From an uncultured virus (IMG/VR IMGVR_UViG_3300044630_006741) (taxonomy: Duplodnaviria; Heunggongvirae; Uroviricota; Caudoviricetes): a DNA stretch of 64,000 nt. The stretch is taken from the IMG/VR virus record IMGVR_UViG_3300044630_006741; one strand, given 5' to 3'. The position numbers and the translations under genes were made by a program. Numbering within the stretch: the first letter of the stretch is position 1; each line of letters begins with the position of its first letter. Under the pieces are notes generated by a model, which searched no databases, was not told where the DNA came from, and saw nothing but the letters and a program-made list of their open reading frames with translations. Positions 19,097 to 30,008 of this stretch are shown piece after piece.

Positions 19097-19858
19097 ATGA
19101 AACACTTATTCGAATACGACAAATATGTCATGCCGTCAGCCCCAGTAAACGAGGGATTTGTAACCGACATATTCCCGGCATTCCTAAAATGGCTAAGAGA
19201 GTGGTTTAGCAAAAAAATGAACGATAGAAGTGCGATCTTCCAGCTCCCAACTGGATTATTACCCCAAGAGATAGAGGGAGACCACATGCTATATGTACCA
19301 CATCAGCAAGGTGGTAGAGGTGCAGCAAAACTATTTCTAGCAGCAAAGGGACAGTATAAGTTGGAGGAGAAGGATATCGACAAACTTAAAGCCAACATGC
19401 CAGCGTCAGATCCGAATTATAAAATAGTAGTGGATCCTAAGAAAACCTCTAAGGAAAGAGCTTTAGCATATTTTAAATACTGGAAAAAGACATGGGAAAA
19501 TTACAAGAGAGATGCTAAAGCTAATATAGCTAGCCACCCGGAGGTGCAGAAAGGTATCGCTAAAGTAGATGGTAATCATCCTAAGTTTTTCTCTAATGAT
19601 TTTCTAACTACAGTTGCTTGGATTGAATCAAGGTTTGACCCAAAAGCTGGAAAGACCAGGCCATATAAGGGCTTATTCCAGATAGGAAGCGATGCATTTA
19701 GTGATCTAAAGAAAACATACAAGAATAGGATCTATTCCAATAGCTCAGTTATACCTATGGATACTGTAGAAAATCCACAAATGGGAAACGATTACCTTAA
19801 ATGGGCATATGACAGATTCCAGAATAATTTAGCTGAGCTAGAAAAAACCAAAGCTTAA
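19097..19858 (+). CDS. lytic transglycosylase (SLT-like) domain protein
   Basis: AWIESRFDPKA...KGLFQIG...N...G.DYL. Confidence 0.7.
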   Translation: MKHLFEYDKYVMPSAPVNEGFVTDIFPAFLKWLREWFSKKMNDRSAIFQLPTGLLPQEIEGDHMLYVPHQQGGRGAAKLFLAAKGQYKLEEKDIDKLKANMPASDPNYKIVVDPKKTSKERALAYFKYWKKTWENYKRDAKANIASHPEVQKGIAKVDGNHPKFFSNDFLTTVAWIESRFDPKAGKTRPYKGLFQIGSDAFSDLKKTYKNRIYSNSSVIPMDTVENPQMGNDYLKWAYDRFQNNLAELEKTKA

Positions 19859-19859
19859 A

Positions 19860-20465
19860 ATGAGACACATAAAGGAATATAATTCAGCATCTAAAGGGAT
19901 TAGTAATCTAAGTGAAGGAATGGTATATCACGTTGAGCGTAATATACCGCTAATGGAAAGCGTCTATAGAATAGAATCTGAATCCTGGATTTCTCTTGTT
20001 AATGAAGCAAGGGAACTATGGGAAAGAAATGTGGTAGATCTGAACGAGGACGATCTTTTTTTAATATCCACAGATGCCGGAAAGTATGGGATATACGAGA
20101 AAAATCTAGTGCTTCTCGACGTTCCTTTTTGGGAAGGGGAATTTGATTACGATTGGGAAGAATATGATGCTTTAGAAGAAGCCGAGTATAGAGGTAGAAA
20201 TGTTAAATTAAACAAGCCATTTAGAACTCCCGGGGGACCTAGAAAATTCTCGGTTTACACAAAGAACGATTCCGGAAATATCGTTAAGGTAAGTTTCGGA
20301 CAACCTGGAATGAGAGTTAATAATGCAGACCCAAAAAAGGCAAGATCATTTAGAAAAAGAATGAGATGCGATCAGCCAGGTCCCAGATGGAAAGCAAAAT
20401 GGTGGTCGTGTAACGTGGCAAGATATAGAAAATTATTAGGTATTAAAAGTTCTAACCCGTGGTAA
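19860..20465 (+). CDS. conserved myovirus hypothetical protein
   Basis: EAEYRGRNVKLNKPFRTPGGPRKFSVY...ARSFRKRMRCD...WWSC. Confidence 0.75.
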   Translation: MRHIKEYNSASKGISNLSEGMVYHVERNIPLMESVYRIESESWISLVNEARELWERNVVDLNEDDLFLISTDAGKYGIYEKNLVLLDVPFWEGEFDYDWEEYDALEEAEYRGRNVKLNKPFRTPGGPRKFSVYTKNDSGNIVKVSFGQPGMRVNNADPKKARSFRKRMRCDQPGPRWKAKWWSCNVARYRKLLGIKSSNPW

Positions 20466-20749
20466 ATCTACCATTCGAAGAGCTCACTGGGTCGGATAAA
20501 AGAATAAGAATCTTTAAATCCGATACCGTAAGCGAGGAACTTAAATGGCATTGGGACGACGAGGATAGGTACGTCGAGCTTATAGAAGAGAGCGACTGGG
20601 AATTCCAATTTGACGACGACCTGCCGGTAAAATTTCCTAAAAGACTAATAATACCAAGAATGATGTGGCACAGGGTTATTAAAGGAAAGGGCGATCTTAA
20701 GATAGCTATATCCAGAATAGATCTAAACAGATTCAGCTTGAGTCAGTAA
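20459..20749 (+). CDS. small cupin-like protein
   Basis: LKWHWDDEDR...WEFQFD...IPRMMWHRVIKG. Confidence 0.65.
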   Translation: MVNLPFEELTGSDKRIRIFKSDTVSEELKWHWDDEDRYVELIEESDWEFQFDDDLPVKFPKRLIIPRMMWHRVIKGKGDLKIAISRIDLNRFSLSQ

Positions 20750-21652
20750 GTCCGTCCAATCTCTATCACTCAGCTCTTTTTTGAGTCTTTCTCTTGGACC
20801 TATGTCTATCTTTGAAGTTATATCGAATTGTGTTCTTTTTAGATTTTTTATTCCCTCTATAGAAGAATAAAGAGCACTGGAAAGTCTTTTGATGAATTTA
20901 GGATTCTTCTTAGCGAATCTCTCCATGTAACCGCCGCCACCTACGAACTCTTCGGTCCATTCTATGTCGCCGCTTCGCATCCTATCCAATATAGATTCTA
21001 TCACCCTTTCCTTTTCGTCTTCATCTAAATTTAAAATGTACTGCTCCACACCAAAGCAAAGTTCTGATATCCATGCGTCATATTCCGTTGGCGAAGCTGC
21101 ATAAAGATCGTCACTTTCAATTTCATTAGCTATAAGATGTTCTACAAATTTTTCCAGACCCTCTTTTCTCATCATTCCCTTAAGGGATATGCCCATATTT
21201 TTAGCTTTCTGCAGAATTTCCAGAGATAACTCCCCACTTTTTTTGCCTCCTTGCGGATTTGATTTTGGATCTATAGCGTGAACTAACTCGTGGTACAATA
21301 TCGACAGTTTAGAAAGCCAGTTACGATTGTCATGAAAATATCTCGGTGAAAGAACTATTCTATCCTGTCCAGGTAGCATTGAGCCGTTCCATTCGCCAAC
21401 ACTTCCTTTAGAAAGCTTGATCCAAGGTCCAAAGCTCACGTAAACTTTCTGTGGCTTCCCTTTATATTTGAATTCCAGATAATATCTGATAGATTTTAGA
21501 TCCTCTCTTCTATCGGGATATTTCTCTACCATTTTTTTCAGAAACTCGTATCTTTCTTCTATGAACATTATTATTTCGTAGAAGTTTGAGAATTCCCCAT
21601 GGAGATATCTTTTCGATTCTAAAACAAAAGAAGAGAATTTTTTAATTATCAT
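20723..21652 (-). CDS. putative zincin metallopeptidase with N-terminal tag
   Basis: LYHELVHAID...SPTEYDAW; MIIKKFSSFVLE. Confidence 0.65.
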   Translation of the reverse strand: MIIKKFSSFVLESKRYLHGEFSNFYEIIMFIEERYEFLKKMVEKYPDRREDLKSIRYYLEFKYKGKPQKVYVSFGPWIKLSKGSVGEWNGSMLPGQDRIVLSPRYFHDNRNWLSKLSILYHELVHAIDPKSNPQGGKKSGELSLEILQKAKNMGISLKGMMRKEGLEKFVEHLIANEIESDDLYAASPTEYDAWISELCFGVEQYILNLDEDEKERVIESILDRMRSGDIEWTEEFVGGGGYMERFAKKNPKFIKRLSSALYSSIEGIKNLKRTQFDITSKIDIGPRERLKKELSDRDWTDLLTQAESV

Positions 21653-21708
21653 ATCTTTTTTATATATCTTTAGAGGTCAATCCAATATATAAAAAAATAG
21701 AATAAGCA

Positions 21709-22440
21709 ATGATTTTAAATTTAGATTTTACTAAAGAGGAACCCAATATGAAAACACATTGGAGAAGCGGAAATCCATGGGGTGTTATACATCCAGCATT
21801 TCCTTACCAGTACAATGCGGAATATTGTGTGAGACATAAGAAGGGTATTGGTCTTTCACTTAAGTGCGAAAGTGTGGATTCAGTTGAGGTCATAGGACCG
21901 AATGGAGTCATTTATTATCCGGATTGTGCAATGGGATTGGTTAGTAGTAAGTTCCACTTTAAATACGGAAGGCTGGATGTTGAAGCAATATTACCTAAGG
22001 GTAAAGGTCTTTGGCCGGCTATATGGACAACAGCCTATGATTCATGGCCACCCGAGATCGATATAGTTGAAGGATATTCGGAGGATAGAGACAACTATGG
22101 TAATTTAGTAATTCCTGGGATCAGACTGCAATCGAATGTTCATTACAAAGAAGGTGAAAACAATCGCAATATCGGGGGAAGAAACCATTGGATGTGGAAG
22201 AATCCAACTAAGCACAAAATAAAATATTCTCTGTTATGGACCCCAGAAAAAATAGAAATATTCTACAACGATTGCAAAGTTAGAAGCGTAGACGACCCAA
22301 AAATACTAGAGGGATTCAATAATTCAGCTGGACAATACATAGTTCTTAACAATGCAATACAGCCAGAAAAATGGGACGGTGGTACCTCTGAATTTATCGT
22401 AAGCAGCTTAACTCTGGAAACTGAAAGACTGATTTGGTGA
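21709..22440 (+). CDS. glycoside hydrolase family 16
   Basis: FKYGRLDV...GLWPAIW...PEIDIVE (EIDxxE catalytic motif). Confidence 0.9.
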   Translation: MILNLDFTKEEPNMKTHWRSGNPWGVIHPAFPYQYNAEYCVRHKKGIGLSLKCESVDSVEVIGPNGVIYYPDCAMGLVSSKFHFKYGRLDVEAILPKGKGLWPAIWTTAYDSWPPEIDIVEGYSEDRDNYGNLVIPGIRLQSNVHYKEGENNRNIGGRNHWMWKNPTKHKIKYSLLWTPEKIEIFYNDCKVRSVDDPKILEGFNNSAGQYIVLNNAIQPEKWDGGTSEFIVSSLTLETERLIW

Positions 22441-22647
22441 TTAATAGTTCGGGTGCCAGGAATCCCAAGAACATACCTGCTCCTCTCTTACTACAGTCTT
22501 AACGTGTAGATCCTGATTTTCATAGAGATCATATCCGATTTCTTTGAAATAATCCAGAGCTTTTTCTACACATGATGCTGTAGTTTCTAAAATCTTTTCA
22601 TTCTCATCGTATAGAGCATAGATTGTCATTTGTGGATAATTGGACAT
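22441..22647 (-). CDS. hypothetical protein
   Basis: 68-aa ORF filling the gap. Confidence 0.55.
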   Translation of the reverse strand: MSNYPQMTIYALYDENEKILETTASCVEKALDYFKEIGYDLYENQDLHVKTVVREEQVCSWDSWHPNY

Positions 22648-22705
22648 GGTAGGGATCTTTTTAGATATATAACTATAACCACAAAAAATTTCACATTTTT
22701 AATAA

Positions 22706-23533
22706 ATGATACAAGTAAAATACGGACCCGAAATAGCGGATGTAACCAACTTCCTTAATGTTTTATCTAAGCATAAGAAAGTTACATTTGTTACAACCAG
22801 CAATAGATCACCCTTTGTTGAAAAGAAATACGGAGAGAGTCCAAAGTCAACACAGCTAGCCAATCACTTGGCTGAATCCCTAAGAAGAAGGGGGGTTAAA
22901 GTTTCTGTTATGGACGGGGCTAAGTTAAAGATCTATAATTCTCTAGGATGTGTGAGCGAATTGAAAGGAAGTTTTTGTGGAGTTAAAGCTTCCATGGTTA
23001 AGGATAAAGAAAAGAATCCGCACGGACATCTTAGATGCTGGGCTAGTCACGATTTCAAAGATGATGAACTATGGAAGATAGTTAACGAAATGTACGAAAG
23101 CCAAGCTATTATATTCTTCGGTTCACAAAGATGGGGCAACGTTAATGCTGTCTATCAAAAGATCATAGAAAGACTAGACTGGATAGAAAGTAGATGGGCA
23201 ACACTAGACGGTGAAAATACCGTAAAAGATATCCAAGCAGGACTAATTCTTCTCGGTCAAAATTGGAGAGTTCAAGAAAGCTTAGAAGTTCAGAGGGATG
23301 TTCTTAAATTCTATGGATTTAAAATAGAAGATCCACTCTTTATAGGATGGCAATACACTCGTGACGTTAAAGACGAAACGGAGGAATCATATAAACAAGC
23401 CCCAGTCACATTCCAGGATTCTTGGAATATGAAGTTGATGGTTAAAAAACAGCAGGAAGAGTTTGAGCTATATGAAGACGATGTCAAGGAAGAGGGCTTC
23501 CCTACATTTCTACAGTATATTAAGACCTTATAA
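22706..23533 (+). CDS. flavodoxin-fold (NADPH-dependent FMN reductase-like) protein
   Basis: TTSNR...PKSTQLA...DDELWKI...AIIFFGSQRWG...KIIERLD. Confidence 0.65.
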   Translation: MIQVKYGPEIADVTNFLNVLSKHKKVTFVTTSNRSPFVEKKYGESPKSTQLANHLAESLRRRGVKVSVMDGAKLKIYNSLGCVSELKGSFCGVKASMVKDKEKNPHGHLRCWASHDFKDDELWKIVNEMYESQAIIFFGSQRWGNVNAVYQKIIERLDWIESRWATLDGENTVKDIQAGLILLGQNWRVQESLEVQRDVLKFYGFKIEDPLFIGWQYTRDVKDETEESYKQAPVTFQDSWNMKLMVKKQQEEFELYEDDVKEEGFPTFLQYIKTL

Positions 23534-23584
23534 CTGATTCACTGCGGACATTTCTCATATTTTTGTAACTATAAAACAAAGAGA

Positions 23585-24301
23585 ATGAGAAATTTAATTC
23601 TAGCATTTACACTTTCCCTGTTAGGTTCAGTAAATTTACTTTCACAGATAAATGTAACAGAGAGGGAAATTTTAAAATTGCAACCAACCCAATCCGTTCT
23701 AAATTCCGATTGGTGCAACCATCTTGAATACTATCGGGATTCTACAGGAATCACATCCACAAGAAGTGGCATTCTAGATACTTATGCTCTTGAGAGAGCG
23801 ATGTATTTCGCAACTGTTCTAGATCACACAGCAAGCGATAAAAGAATGAAAGATTGTATCCATAGAATTCCCGGTGACAACTCTGCACACAATAAGCTAT
23901 TTGGTAATTCGATATTCTTTAGCGCACCGGATACACTCAAATACGTCTCAGCTTATCCCTCCTTTAAAGAGGACAGATATTGGATCACACCAGGTGGAGA
24001 GATCATGCAGGAATACGTGTACCTGATAAAAGGAAAGGATAAGTTAAGAAGAGAAGATTTGATATCGAAAATGATAGGGTACCACCACAAAAACAGAGGG
24101 CATAAAGGTATTATTAATGCGTATCTTAGATCCTATTCACACAAGAACATTATAGATACAAAAATAAACGATACCTACGGAAGTTCGATAGTTTATGTTG
24201 TTCACTCTTGGTTTGATAAAGAGCAATCACTATGGTACCAGGAAGTAACGATTTTAAACGTTACAGCATTTGGTAGAAAATCATATAGCTTAAGAAGCTA
24301 A
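23585..24301 (+). CDS. signal-peptide protein, CAP/SCP-like
   Basis: N-terminal signal peptide; YLRSYSHKNII motif. Confidence 0.5.
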   Translation: MRNLILAFTLSLLGSVNLLSQINVTEREILKLQPTQSVLNSDWCNHLEYYRDSTGITSTRSGILDTYALERAMYFATVLDHTASDKRMKDCIHRIPGDNSAHNKLFGNSIFFSAPDTLKYVSAYPSFKEDRYWITPGGEIMQEYVYLIKGKDKLRREDLISKMIGYHHKNRGHKGIINAYLRSYSHKNIIDTKINDTYGSSIVYVVHSWFDKEQSLWYQEVTILNVTAFGRKSYSLRS

Positions 24302-24838
24302 TTACTTAAGAGAAAGTAAATATCTGTTCTGGTCTATTAGAGCGACGATCTCATCTAGAATATTGATTAGCTCACCGTCTTTTTCTTCCGAGAAGTACGA
24401 TCTGCAGTCCTTATCATAGCATTCATAGAGATGTGCTAAGAATTCATTAAGATCTGCATTCTCCGGGTTCTTGTAGTTGGATATCTTTAAATCACCATCG
24501 GTATCGCTTAATGTTGGCTTACCGTATTTACCCATTATGGATTCTGCTAACTTGTCTGTTACCTCGTTGAATTCATGCTGGAAAGCATCTAAAGCCTTAT
24601 GTTGACCGTAGAAGTTAGTTTGCCAGTGTAGAAGTTTAATCTGTGCTGAATTCCTAAGAATCTTAGCGAAGATAGGTGCAAAGCTTTTCTTGTCCTCAGC
24701 CTCTGGCTCGTTACCACTTGGAGCTTGAACCATATTACTCCTCATTTGATCAAAAGTTATAAATTCATTCCCGCCCTCTTCTTTTTTAGGCTTCTCTATA
24801 ATATCGCCAAAAGCGCTCAAATTAACTACGTTTTCCAT
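24302..24838 (-). CDS. ferritin/Dps-like phage protein (DUF5856-like)
   Basis: KLLHWQT..YGQHKALD...DKLAES..GKYG...LINILDEI...YLLSL. Confidence 0.7.
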   Translation of the reverse strand: MENVVNLSAFGDIIEKPKKEEGGNEFITFDQMRSNMVQAPSGNEPEAEDKKSFAPIFAKILRNSAQIKLLHWQTNFYGQHKALDAFQHEFNEVTDKLAESIMGKYGKPTLSDTDGDLKISNYKNPENADLNEFLAHLYECYDKDCRSYFSEEKDGELINILDEIVALIDQNRYLLSLK

Positions 24839-24940
24839 CTAGTCTTTATTTTTGTTTATATATCAAATTAGCCACAGGTTTATCTTTTTTCCTACGGGGG
24901 TTTCGTTTACTTTTACTCTATAACAATAAAGGAACAAGAT

Positions 24941-25678
24941 ATGAAAAAGCTAACAATCTTCTTACTGCTAAGTCTAACCCTAACGAATGCTTTCACCCAA
25001 GATCTCGATTCTATCAGAATGGAATTCAACAAATTGATGAAAGACTATATCGACAAGAACAACGGAAACACAATCCGTGACATCGTTAGAGCTGAAGATG
25101 ATGTTTGGGTAAAGAAGGGGTTTTGGATTTTCAGACATAACGAGAAAGTTCACATTGATGCTATCTACGGTCCCAACCATGGTAAATTAGACGAAGCTAA
25201 AGAGGTTCAGCATCTTACAGAATGGTCAGCTGATCAGGCTAGATACTTAAAGGAGGTTTCTGTTTATTTGCAAAAGACAAACCCAGGAATGATAGCTTAC
25301 TTGTCCCACGGACAGAAGGCAGAATTAGATAGCGTACCCGATTCTGCATTAAGTAAACCGAGAGAGAGCCTATTGAAAATGGAGGTTTTAGTTATGAAGC
25401 AGGGTTTCAGAACTGAAGAAGGTATACCGGATGAATCAGCTAAAGAATTTGCCAAAGAGGCTTTCGATAACCTTTTAAAGTCAAAGCAACACAAGAAAAT
25501 TATTGATGATGCATCTAGCAAATTCGGGACTGGAATTACACTAATACCAGTAGCTCCCGAACAAATCGTAAGATACAGCGAAACTAGCAACGGTATAAAA
25601 AATGAGGGGATACGTATAGAGAAAGCAAGCGACTTTCATAAAAGAGGTTATACGGTAATAATTGTCTGTAACTTCTAA
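24941..25678 (+). CDS. signal-peptide protein, CAP/SCP-like
   Basis: signal peptide; LSHG...LLKSKQHKKII...FGTG. Confidence 0.5.
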   Translation: MKKLTIFLLLSLTLTNAFTQDLDSIRMEFNKLMKDYIDKNNGNTIRDIVRAEDDVWVKKGFWIFRHNEKVHIDAIYGPNHGKLDEAKEVQHLTEWSADQARYLKEVSVYLQKTNPGMIAYLSHGQKAELDSVPDSALSKPRESLLKMEVLVMKQGFRTEEGIPDESAKEFAKEAFDNLLKSKQHKKIIDDASSKFGTGITLIPVAPEQIVRYSETSNGIKNEGIRIEKASDFHKRGYTVIIVCNF

Positions 25679-25693
25679 CAATTAACCAGAAAT

Positions 25694-25719
25694 AAAAAAG
25701 AGCCCTTAGGCTCTTTTTT
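25694..25719. terminator. bidirectional intrinsic terminator
   Basis: AAAAAAGAGCC-CTTA-GGCTCTTTTTT between convergent genes. Confidence 0.8.
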
Positions 25720-25735
25720 ATTATAAGAAATGATT

Positions 25736-27226
25736 CTATGATGTTTTAAAATAAGAACCCCCGGGACGCCAATCTCTACCTCCACCGCCTTTTCTTTTCT
25801 TTAACCACCAAGGCAATCCACTGGGATCTAGGCTAGGACCAAAATCAATATTTTTAAATGGTCCCTTTCTGGTGTATTTAGGTCTTGAGAAGTCCCAGCC
25901 ATCGATGCTAATGAAATCCTCACCGCCGCCTCCGATAGAAAAGCTAGCACCTAACTCTATTGTTGTATATTTCAGATATGCGCTCAATTGACCGGGTTCT
26001 GATTTCACACCTTTTGCTTCAATGTTCATTCTTACCTCTACAAATTGACCCGCTGGTTTACCCGTTTTGTTGTCTATATTATACTGGTCCGTCTTTCCCC
26101 CTGTATCAGTTACTTTCCATTTTTTAACAAACTCAGCATCTTTACCCAGCACTTTTTTCTCTTTGAGAATATTGACTATAGCCTCCTCAAACGAGTCCGC
26201 TCTTTTCTTAGCAAGGTCGTCGTTCTTTTCTGTGTTTCCGGTGGTTGTTCTAGATGGATCATCAAAATCCATTTCTTCGGTTGGCTCTAATGTTTCATTA
26301 CCCCAAACGTTACTAGCAGAGGAAAGAACTTCAAGCTTCGATATTTCCATATTGAATTCCGCATCTGGCCCTAGCTTTTTTATAGCTTCTTTTTTGGCAT
26401 TCTCTATTTTAGACTCAATTTCTTTGGCAACTTCCTCAGCGAATCCAGATTCTAGTTCAGCAGATTCGGTTTTAAATTTGGAATCTCTTTTAACCGAATC
26501 TGTGGTCTCAAATGGTACCTCAGTGCCTGAGGTTCCTGAAGCTTCAATATATGGTGCTTTAGCTGCTAGTTTAGCACCTGCACCAATTCCATCCACTGGT
26601 GGTATTATAATCACCGCAGTCATCGGGTTAGTGGAACCATTCACCTCTCCTAAAACGAATTTATTCTTGACATTTTTTATTGCATTTATTTGCTTTACCT
26701 GAAATTTACCATCCTCGACACCAGCAATTAAATCCTCCGTGTTTTTCTCCGTTACCTTAATTAGGAATTCAGATGCCTCCATTGCTCCAGCCTCTCCTGG
26801 AACATTCACAATTTTAAATTGATCGTTTGGTATGATCTGCTCATCCTCTGTTAATTTAACATCTGATGTGTACATCTCATCCTTCTTGAGAAATGTTCTT
26901 CTATTATCAGATCTAGTTTTAACTGCTAACTTTATCTTAGGCATAACCCCGCCTTCTTTTAAATTCTTAAGCTCTGATTTTTCCATAGTGGATAATAGAG
27001 TAGCTGCAACGCTATATAGAATAACATCTGCGTAGCCGTCCATCTCCATTAGTTCATTAATAACTGCACCGTATTTCTTTGGCGTATCCCCGTTACAATA
27101 ATCATCTATAGCTTTATCAGCTACAAGTAATAGAGCTTCGAGAGATGCTTTGAATTTTTTATTGGTCAAGTTTATTTTCAATTCCTCCTTCAGGTATTCT
27201 GCGAAGTTTAGTAATCTTTTATTCAT
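25736..27226 (-). CDS. tagged hypothetical protein with OmpA-C-like motif
   Basis: LEVLSSAS...NDDLAKKRA resembles the N..LS..RA peptidoglycan-binding motif. Confidence 0.6.
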   Translation of the reverse strand: MNKRLLNFAEYLKEELKINLTNKKFKASLEALLLVADKAIDDYCNGDTPKKYGAVINELMEMDGYADVILYSVAATLLSTMEKSELKNLKEGGVMPKIKLAVKTRSDNRRTFLKKDEMYTSDVKLTEDEQIIPNDQFKIVNVPGEAGAMEASEFLIKVTEKNTEDLIAGVEDGKFQVKQINAIKNVKNKFVLGEVNGSTNPMTAVIIIPPVDGIGAGAKLAAKAPYIEASGTSGTEVPFETTDSVKRDSKFKTESAELESGFAEEVAKEIESKIENAKKEAIKKLGPDAEFNMEISKLEVLSSASNVWGNETLEPTEEMDFDDPSRTTTGNTEKNDDLAKKRADSFEEAIVNILKEKKVLGKDAEFVKKWKVTDTGGKTDQYNIDNKTGKPAGQFVEVRMNIEAKGVKSEPGQLSAYLKYTTIELGASFSIGGGGEDFISIDGWDFSRPKYTRKGPFKNIDFGPSLDPSGLPWWLKKRKGGGGRDWRPGGSYFKTS

Positions 27227-27245
27227 AATTTTATTGCGATGCTGG

Positions 27246-28325
27246 TTAAGCTAGGTCGGTGATGCCTGCTTTAGGGAATTTCTTGTTTAGTGTGTCCTGT
27301 GCTGCTTTATTACCCGTTAGAGAACGCCAATCTGAATCTGACTTCCATCCTTTTTTAGCAGCAAACCAAACACCATCTCTAATTTTATAATCCCACGATT
27401 TATCCCCTGGTAAATTGTAAATTTTATCCGGGATACCTAGTTGGTCAGACTTTTCTTTAGCTAGATTTTTTTGGTCTCCCGCGATCTCGTTAAAATATTT
27501 ATCGACTGCACCAGTGTCTCTCTTAATTGATGCTATAAAATCAGGATCGTCTATATAGGGAAAGAATTGGCCAAGAGTATATCCTCCCTCTATAATATAA
27601 TTCCAAGTTTCTTTGATGTTCTTAGAACAATATGCTGAAGAATCGTTTCTCGATGGCGATAAATCTTTCTCCTTTGCAATTTGAGGAAAGTGATCATTAA
27701 CGAATTTTCTGAATTTATTAGATGCATCCATCTTACTTTTTTCAGTCTTGTAATATCTTGTATCCAGGAAAGGATTTGCATCAATCCAATAGCAAGCTGA
27801 TTTATTCCACCCTGACTCCATTTTGGGGTTGTAGTTAAAAGCAAGCCCTCCCCCTCCGGTATATTCTTTATTGACTACAAAATCAAGAGTTACTACGCTA
27901 CCTTTTATTAAGACTTTATACTGACCTGTTTGAATGATATTTTCATCGGAAACTGTTAAATTTCTTAATAGATTTGATTTATCATACTGAGCTGCCTCTC
28001 CAACTCTTGCCATAGAGAAATTTCCATATGCATCAAAAAGTGTTACTGTTGATGCGTCTTGTCCTGTTTCTCCGTTGTATGCCAAATCAAATCTTGCATA
28101 GCAAGCGTACGTCCCCTCGTAATTTCCTTTAACACCAAGGGAAGACAGTGTTTTAAATTTAATAGCGGAGGATCTATAAGCATCTTCCATATAGAGAAAA
28201 ACATTTTCAAATTTTTCCATCGGTTTACCTTTCCATAAGTAACTAACTCCCGGTTTATAGAGTATAGCTTCATCTATGTGGGACATTCCGACGAAGTCTT
28301 TGAATCCTAATAGTCTTTTATTCAT
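27246..28325 (-). CDS. tagged hypothetical protein
   Basis: MNKRLLGFKDF...IDE; GATATATA upstream. Confidence 0.8.
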   Translation of the reverse strand: MNKRLLGFKDFVGMSHIDEAILYKPGVSYLWKGKPMEKFENVFLYMEDAYRSSAIKFKTLSSLGVKGNYEGTYACYARFDLAYNGETGQDASTVTLFDAYGNFSMARVGEAAQYDKSNLLRNLTVSDENIIQTGQYKVLIKGSVVTLDFVVNKEYTGGGGLAFNYNPKMESGWNKSACYWIDANPFLDTRYYKTEKSKMDASNKFRKFVNDHFPQIAKEKDLSPSRNDSSAYCSKNIKETWNYIIEGGYTLGQFFPYIDDPDFIASIKRDTGAVDKYFNEIAGDQKNLAKEKSDQLGIPDKIYNLPGDKSWDYKIRDGVWFAAKKGWKSDSDWRSLTGNKAAQDTLNKKFPKAGITDLA

Positions 28326-28358
28326 TATGCTTTATTTTTTGTTTATATATCCTATTAA

Positions 28359-28652
28359 TTAATAGTTGTTAGGTAATTGTCCAGACTCGTATCTGGACTT
28401 GCCATTCTTTAAAAGAAACTCTAGTTCTAGCCACTGTCTCTTAGTTAACTCCTTTTTAGTTTTAACCTTGTCCCACATATTAGAGAAAAACTTATTGTTA
28501 TGATGTCTGACGTTTAGCCAGTTCCATAATTTCTCGTAATATTGTACCTCCGCGTCTGTGAACTGTTTCTTTCCTGCGAGATCCCCTGTGTTTCTATTTT
28601 GAGCGCCATAATTAGGATGGCTATAGCTCTCAAAAGTTTTGATGTTTTTCAT
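28359..28652 (-). CDS. small tagged hypothetical protein
   Basis: MKNIKTFESY; GATATATA upstream. Confidence 0.7.
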   Translation of the reverse strand: MKNIKTFESYSHPNYGAQNRNTGDLAGKKQFTDAEVQYYEKLWNWLNVRHHNNKFFSNMWDKVKTKKELTKRQWLELEFLLKNGKSRYESGQLPNNY

Positions 28653-28741
28653 TTTACTATATATCAAAATTACATCCACAACTGTCTTTGTGACACTACT
28701 GGATCGGAATAATATTCCGGTTCACCAATATAAATAGAAAC

Positions 28742-28869
28742 GGTCAGGTGGCGGAAAGGGAGATTTATCCTAGGTAAGTCCCCGCGGTAGACGTGCCTCA
28801 ATACCCTGGGGTGCTCACAGAAGAGGGTTAACAAAGGTGAGCGTACAGGTTCAATCCCTGGACTGACTA
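28742..28869 (+). ncRNA. tRNA-scaffold RNA, copy A (extra hairpin in the D-loop)
   Basis: GGTCAGGTGGCGGAA...GGTAGACG...TACAGGTTCAATCCCTGGACTGACTA; no canonical anticodon arm. Confidence 0.65.
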
Positions 28870-29011
28870 CAAGAGATATTGGAACTTTTTTTAGAACCAA
28901 TATATAATCATAGTAACTGTTCGCCAGTTCTGTGTCCAGCAATCTTGAGTTGCTGTTGAGATTTAGAAATGAATCGATGATACAGGAAGAACAAAAAAAG
29001 AATAGTAAAAT

Positions 29012-29986
29012 ATGAAAACAAAACAAAAAAGCGGAGCTAGCCTACCGGCTGCCTGGATCGTAAATCCAAAAGACAAAGGTAGGAAGTCAATCAAAGGAGA
29101 TAAGATCTATCTCGATAACGGACAGGAATTTGAAATTGAAATCTTCAATCCTCTCACTGAATCAGTTCTAGCTGATATCCGTTTAAATGGCAACTCAATT
29201 TCTAAAACTGGATTGGTTATAAAACCGGGACAGAGAGTCTATCTGGATTGCTTCGTAGATGACAGAAAGAAATTCATCTTCCAAACCTATGAGGTTGACG
29301 GAAGTCAGGAGTCAATAGAAGCAATTGCTGATAATGGTCTTATGGAGGTCTTCTTCTATAAGGAGCAAGCAGTGGCACTTCAGGACTGGAGCAATAGATT
29401 CCATAAGGTAATCGTTCACGAGTATCGTCCCTATTATTATCCAGTGTACCCTGCAATTTATCATAGACCATACTACTACGACGGTACTGTTATATGCTCA
29501 GGTTTATTGACAACGACATCTAACCTTACCTTCACAAATGGAACGTATAACACCATAAATGCAACGAATAGCTACCTGGTGAATAATAGCGTTACTACTG
29601 GAGCTATTAATACCAACACTTCTAGCTTCCTAGGATCCACATTATCGGGGGATGCATCATACTACTCATCTCCTGTTAGTGTGCCTATTGAAACCGGCAG
29701 GGTCGAGAAGGGAGAAAAATCAGATCAGCAATTCTCCTCGATCGATATGGAATTTGAAAAAAATTACATACACCACTTAGTATTTCAATTGCTACCAAGT
29801 TCTAGAAAGCCTAAGTATGTTAAAGAGATGCAGAAGGCTAAGAAGGCAGAGGATAAGAATAGAGTCTTAGATGGAAATGATGAAATAATAGATCTCATTA
29901 AAAAGCTAAGCGATCTGCACTCATCTGGGATTTTAACCGACGAGGAATTCTCAAATAAGAAGTCAGATCTATTGTCAAAAATTTAA
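29012..29986 (+). CDS. hypothetical protein with C-terminal SHOCT domain
   Basis: IKKLSDLHSSGILTDEEFSNKKSDLL. Confidence 0.8.
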   Translation: MKTKQKSGASLPAAWIVNPKDKGRKSIKGDKIYLDNGQEFEIEIFNPLTESVLADIRLNGNSISKTGLVIKPGQRVYLDCFVDDRKKFIFQTYEVDGSQESIEAIADNGLMEVFFYKEQAVALQDWSNRFHKVIVHEYRPYYYPVYPAIYHRPYYYDGTVICSGLLTTTSNLTFTNGTYNTINATNSYLVNNSVTTGAINTNTSSFLGSTLSGDASYYSSPVSVPIETGRVEKGEKSDQQFSSIDMEFEKNYIHHLVFQLLPSSRKPKYVKEMQKAKKAEDKNRVLDGNDEIIDLIKKLSDLHSSGILTDEEFSNKKSDLLSKI

Positions 29987-30008
29987 AAAAATAGCGAACA
30001 GTTACACT

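Noticed and set aside
28913..30005. Retron or IS element defined by inverted repeats
   Set aside because: The enclosed gene shows no RT or transposase motifs.
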